A DNA stretch of 64,000 nt from NCBI GenBank assembly GCA_012295275.1, contig CM022665.1, forward strand, positions 1,364,001-1,428,000, written 5' to 3'. Positions 57,054 through 64,000 of this stretch are shown here, one piece after another. The position numbers and the translations under genes were made by a program. The stretch is from Chrysomallon squamiferum (lineage: Eukaryota > Animalia > Mollusca). Numbering within the stretch: position 1 is the first letter of the stretch; each line of letters starts with the position of its first letter. The notes beneath the pieces were generated by a model, which was not told the DNA's origin, did no database searches, and saw only the letters and a list, made by a program, of their open reading frames with translations.

Positions 57054-60000
57054 ATGAAGACTTAGAGGTAGATATGTACATACTGATATGAAGACACATA
57101 GAGGTAGATATCTATAAAATGATCTGAAGACACATACAGGTAGATATGTATAAAATGATATGAAGACACATAGAGGTAGATATGTATAAAACGAAATAAA
57201 GACATATACAGGAACATATGTCTAAAATGAGATAAAGAAACATAGAGGTACATATGTATAAACTGTTATGAAGACATAGAGGTAGATATGTATATACTGA
57301 TATGAAGACACAGAGGTAGATATGTATAAAATGATAAAAAGACACAGAGGTAGATATGTATAAAATGATATGAAGACACATAGAGGTAGATATGTATAAA
57401 CTGTTATGAAGACACAGAGGTAGATATGTATAAAATGATATGAAGACACATAGAGGTAGATATGTATAAACTGATATGAAGACAAAGAGGTAGATATGTA
57501 TAAACAGTTATGAAGACACATAGAGGTAGATATGTATAAACTGGTATGAAGACACAGAGGTAGATATGTATAAACTGAAATGAAGACATACATGTAGATA
57601 TGTATAAACTGGTATTAAGACACATAGAGGTAGATATGTATAAACTGATATGAAGACACAGAGGTAGATATGTATAAACTGATTTGAAGACACATAGAGG
57701 TAGATATGTATAAACTGATATGAAGACACATAGAGGTAGATATGTATAAACTGTTATGAAGACACATAGAGGTAGATATGTATAAACTGTTATGAAGACA
57801 CACAGAGGTAGATATGTATAAACTGTTATGAAGACACAGAGCTAGATATGTATAAAATGATATGAAGACATAGATGTAGATATGTATAAACTGGTATTAA
57901 GACACATAGAGGTAGATATGTATAAACTGATATGAAGACACAGAGGTAGATATGTATAAACTGATTTGAAGACACATAGAGGTAGATATGTATAAACTGT
58001 TATGAAGACACACAGAGGTAGATATGTATAAACTGTTATGAAGACACAGAGGTAGATATCTATAAAATGAAATCAAGACATAGATGTAGATATGTATAAA
58101 CTGGTATTAAGACACATAGAGGTAGATATGTATAAACTGATATGAACACACATACAGGTAGATATGTATAAACAGTTATGAAGACATAGAGGTAGATATG
58201 TATTAAATCATAAAAAAACAGAGGTAGATATATATAATCTGATATGAAGACACATAGATGTAGATATGTATAAACTGATATGAAGACACATAGAGGTAGA
58301 TATGTATAAACTGATATGAAGACACACAGAGGTAGATAGCTATAAAATGATCTGAAGACACATAGAGGTAGATATGTATAAAATGATATGAAGACACATA
58401 GAGGTAGATATGTATAAAATGAAATAAAGACATATAGAGGAACATATGTATAAAATGAGATAAAGAAACATAGAGGTAGATATGTATAAACTGTTATGAA
58501 GACATAGAGGTAGATGTGTATATACTGATATGAAGACACAGAGGTAGATATGTATAAAATGAGATAAAGAAACATAGAGGTAGATATGTATAAACTGTCA
58601 TGAAGACATAGAGGTAGATATGTATATACTGATATGAAGACAAAGAGGTAGATATGTATAAAATGATATGAAGACACATAGAGGTAGATATGTATATAGG
58701 GATATGAAGACACAGAGGTAGATATGTATAAACTGATATAGAGACACATAGAGATAGACATGTATAAACAGTTATGAAGACACATAGAGGTAGATATGTA
58801 TAAACTGGTATGAAGACACAGAGGTAGATATGTATAAACTGATATGAAGACACAGACGTAGATATGTATAAACTGATATAAAGACACATAGAGGTAGACA
58901 TGTATAAACTGTTATGAATACACATAGAGGTAGATATCTATTAAATGATAAAAAGACAGAGAGGTAGATATGTATAAACTGTTATGAAGACACATAGAGG
59001 TAGATATGTATAAACTGTTATGAAGACACATAGAGGTAGATATCTATTAAATGATAAAAAGACAGAGAGGTAGATATGTATAAACTGTTATGAAGACACA
59101 TAGAGGTAGATATGTATAAAATGATATGAAGACATAGTGGTAGATATGTATAAACTGAAATGAAGACACAGATGTAGATATGTATAAACTGTTATGAAGA
59201 AACACAGAGGTAGATATCTATAAAATGATATCAAGACACAGAGGTAGATATATATAAACAGTTATGAAGACACACAGAGGTAGATATGTATAAACTGATA
59301 TCAAGACACAGAGGTAGATATGTATAAAATGATATGAAGACATAGATGTAGATATGTATAAACTGTTATGAAGATACATAGAGGCAGATATGTATAAACT
59401 GATATGAAGACATAGAGATAGATATGTATAAACTGATATGAAGACAAAGAGGCAGATATGTATAAACTGATATGAAGACAAAGAGGTAGATATGTATAAA
59501 CTGTTATGAAGACACAGAGGTAGATATGTATAAACTGATATGAAGACACACAGAGGTAGATATGTATAAACTGATATGAAGACACATACAGATAGCTATG
59601 TATATACTGATATGACGACACAGAGGTAGATATCTATAAACTGATATGAAGACACATAGAGGTAGATATGTATTAAATGATAAAAAGAAAGAGGTAGATA
59701 TATATAATCTGATATGAAGACACATAGAGGTAGATATGTATAAACTGAAAAATGATACACAGAAGATGTATAAACATATGAGGTAGATATGTATAAACTG
59801 ATATGAAGACACAGAGGTAGATATGTATAAACTGATATGAAGACACAGAGGTAGATATGTATAAACTGATATAAAGACACAGAGGTAGATATGTATAAAC
59901 TGGTATTAAGACACATAGAGGTAGATATGTATAAACTGATATGAAGACACAGAGGTAGATATGTATAAACTGATTTGAAGACACATAGAGGTAGATATGT

Positions 60001-63000
60001 ATAAACTGTTATGAAGACACACAGAGGTAGATATGTATAAACTGTTATGAAGACACAGAGGTAGATATCTATAAAATGAAATCAAGACATAGATGTAGAT
60101 ATGTATAAACTGGTATTAAGACACATAGAGGTAGATATGTATAAACTGATATGAACACACATACAGGTAGATATGTATAAACAGTTATGAAGACATAGAG
60201 GTAGATATGTATTAAATCATAAAAAAACAGAGGTAGATATATATAATCTCATATGAAGACACATAGATGTAGATATGTATAAACTGATATGAAGACACAT
60301 AGAGGTAGATATGTATAAACTGATATGAAGACACACAGAGGTAGATAGCTATAAAATGATCTGAAGACACATAGAGGTAGATATGTATAAAATGATATGA
60401 AGACACATAGAGGTAGATATGTATAAAATGAAATAAAGACATATACAGGAACATATGTATAAAATGAGATAAAGAAACATAGAGGTAGATATGTATAAAC
60501 TGTTATGAAGACATAGAGGTAGATGTGTATATACTGATATGAAGACACAGAGGTAGATATGTATAAAATGAGATAAAGAAACATAGAGGTAGATATGTAT
60601 AAACTGTCATGAAGACATAGAGGTAGATATGTATATACTGATATGAAGACAAAGAGGTAGATATGTATAAACTGGTATGAAGACACAGAGGTAGATATGT
60701 ATAAACTGATATGAAGACACAGACGTAGATATGTATAAACTGATATAAAGACACATAGAGGTAGACATGTATAAACTGTTATGAATACACATAGAGGTAG
60801 ATATCTATTAAATGATAAAAAAAGACAGAGAGGGAGATATGTATAAACTGTTATGAAGACACATAGAGGTAGATATGTATAAACTGTTATGAAGACACAT
60901 AGAGGTAGATATCTATTAAATGATAAAAAGACAGAGAGGTAGATATGTATAAACTGTTATGAAGACACATAGAGGTAGATATGTATAAAATGATATGAAG
61001 ACATAGTGGTAGATATGTATAAACTGAAATGAAGACACAGATGTAGATATGTATAAACTGTTATGAAGAAACACAGAGGTAGATATCTATAAAATGATAT
61101 CAAGACACAGAGGTAGATATATATAAACAGTTATGAAGACACACAGAGGTAGATATGTATAAACTGATATCAAGACACAGAGGTAGATATGTATAAAATG
61201 ATATGAAGACATAGATGTAGATATGTATAAACTGTTATGAAGATACATAGAGGCAGATATGTATAAACTGATATGAAGACATAGAGATAGATATGTATAA
61301 ACTGATATGAAGACAAAGAGGCAGATATGTATAAACTGATATGAAGACAAAGAGGTAGATATGTATAAACTGTTATGAAGACACAGAGGTAGATATGTAT
61401 AAACTGATATGAAGACACACAGAGGTAGATATGTATAAACTGATATGAAGACACATACAGATAGCTATGTATATACTGATATGACGACACAGAGGTAGAT
61501 ATCTATAAACTGATATGAAGACACATAGAGGTAGATATGTATAAACTGATATGAACACACATAGAGGTAGATATGTATAAACTGTTATGAAGACAAAGAG
61601 GTAGATATGTATTAAATGATAAAAAGAAAGAGGTAGATATATATAATCTGATATGAAGACACATAGAGGTAGATATGTATAAAATGATACGAAGACACAT
61701 AGAGGTAGATATGTATAAACTGATATGAAGACACAGAGGTAGATATGTATAAACTGATATGAAGACACAGAGGTAGATATGTATAAACTGATATAAAGAC
61801 ACAGAGGTAGATATGTATAAACTGATATAAAGACACAGAGGTAGATATGTATAAACTGTTATGAAGACACACAGAGGTAGATATGTATAAACTGTTATGA
61901 AGACACAGAGGTAGATATGTATAAAATGAAATCAAGACATAGATGTAGATATGTATAAACTGGTATTAAGACACATAGAGGTAGATATGTATAAACTGAT
62001 ATGAACACACATACAGGTAGATATGTATAAACAGTTATGAAGACATAGAGGTAGATATGTATTAAATCATAAAAAACAGAGGTAGATATATATAATCTGA
62101 TATGAAGACACATAGATGTAGATATTTATAAAATGATATGAAGACACATAGAGGTAGATATGTATAAACTGATATGAAGACACACAGAGGTAGATAGCTA
62201 TAAAATGATCTGAAGACACATAGAGGTAGATATGTATAAAATGATATGAAGACACATAGAGGTAGATATGTATAAAATGAAATAAAGACATATACAGGAA
62301 CATATGTATAAAATGAGATAAAGAAACATAGAGGTAGATCTGTATAAACTGTTATGAAGACATAGAGGTAGATGTGTATATACTGATATGAAGACACAGA
62401 GGTAGATATGTATAAAATGAGATAAAGAAACATAGAGGTAGATATGTATAAACTGTTATGAAGACACACAGAGGTAGATATGTATAAACTGTTATGAAGA
62501 CATAGAGGTAGATATGTATAAAATGAGATAAAGAAACATAGAGGTAGATATGTATAAACTGTTATGAAGACACACAGAGGTAGATATGTATAAAATGATA
62601 CCAAGACACAGAGGTAGATATGTATAAAATGATATGAAGACATAGAGGTAGATATGTATAAATTGATATGAACACACATAGAGGTAGATATGTATAAACT
62701 GTTATGAAGACATAGAGGTAGGTATGTATTAAATGATAAAAAGACAGAGGTAGATATATATAATCTGATATGAAGACACATAGAGGTAGATATGTATAAA
62801 CTGTTATGAAGACACATAGAGGTAGATATGTATAAACTGATATGAAGACACATAGAGGTACATAGCTATAAAATGATCTGAAGACACATAGAGATAGATA
62901 TGTATAAAATGAAATAAAGACATATACAGGAACATATGTATAAAATGAGATAAAGAAACATAGAGGTAGATATGTATAAACTGTTCTGAAGACATAGAGG

Positions 63001-64000
63001 TAGATATGTATATATTGATATGAAGACACAGAGGTAGATATGTATACACTGATATAAAGAAACATAGAGTTTTATATGTATAAACTGATATGAAGACACA
63101 TAGAGGTAGATATGTATAAAATGATATGAAGACACATAGAGTAGATATGTATAAACAGTTATGAAGACACATAGAGGTAGATATGTATAAACTGTTATGA
63201 AGACACATAGAGGTAGATATGTATAAACTGTTATGAAGACACATAGAGGTAGATATGTATAAACAGTTATGAAGACACAGATGTAGATTTGTATAAACAG
63301 TTATGAAGACACACAGAGGTAGATATGTATAAACTGTTATGAAGACACATAGAGGTAGATATGTATAAACTGATATGAAGACACAGATGTAGATTTGTAT
63401 AATCTGGTATGAAGACACAGAGGTAGATATGTATAAACTGATATGAAGACACAGAGGTAGATATGTAAAAAATGATATGAAGACATAGAAGTAGATATGT
63501 ATAAACTGGTATGTAGACACAGAGGTAGATATGTATAAACTGTTATGAAGACACACAGAGGTAGATATGTATAAACTGTTATGAAGACAAAGAGGTAGAT
63601 ATGTATAAAATGATATGAAGACATAGATGTAGATATGTATAAACTGGTATTAAGACACATAGAGGTAGTTATGTATAAACTGATATGAAGACAGAGGTAG
63701 ATATGTATAAACTGATTTGAAGACACATAGAGGTAGATATGTATAAACAGTTATGAAGACACATAGAGGTAGATATTATAAACTGTTATGAAGACACATA
63801 AAGGTAGATATCTATTAAATGATAAAAAGACAGAGAGGTAGATCTGTATAAACTGTTATGAATGCACAGAGGTAGATATGTATAAACTGTTATGAAGACA
63901 CAGAGGTAGATATGCATAAACTGATATGAAGACACAGAGGTAGATATGGATAAACTGATATGAAGACACAGAGGTAGATGTGTATAAACTGATATGAAGA
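57054..64000. repeat. 34/36-bp tandem satellite (~200 units, continues past the window end)
   Basis: Consensus GAAGACAC(AT)AGAGGTAGATATGTATAAACTG(A/T)TAT, head-to-tail with no unique spacers. Confidence 0.98.

Noticed and set aside
57062-63726. Many long minus-strand ORFs (up to 275 aa)
   Set aside because: Translations of the satellite in all frames, with frame-shifting 34/36-bp units and no domain signal
57054-64000. CRISPR-like array (repeat length ~36 bp)
   Set aside because: Units are contiguous with no unique spacers, there are no cas genes, and the context is eukaryotic; it is a satellite

Overview
AT-rich, microsatellite-dense animal genomic DNA. It is most consistent with a mollusc or other lophotrochozoan, judged from the PC2 sequence and the repeat types. 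Two spliced genes lie tail-to-tail. (1) + strand, ~228-17025: an 11-exon, ~471-aa, highly divergent annexin. It has a long basic/acidic N-terminal head, three of four type II Ca2+ sites degenerate, and one probable GC-AG intron. (2) - strand, 45682-20610: a complete 13-exon, 664-aa prohormone convertase 2 (PC2/PCSK2). The PC2 introns hold a decayed antisense LINE (with 3x75-bp repeats) and a hAT-type MITE, and the PC2 locus carries five perfect CRE palindromes. Upstream of PC2 are a Tigger/pogo remnant next to a tRNA-like sequence and a ~7-kb 34/36-bp satellite with ~1.9-2.0-kb higher-order duplications running off the window end. Exon models were built by hand from splice signals, frame/phase continuity and recalled protein motifs; no alignments were run. 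Most ORFs in the supplied track are microsatellite or satellite artefacts. There is no CRISPR or prokaryotic system. The best candidate for undescribed biology is the atypical annexin.
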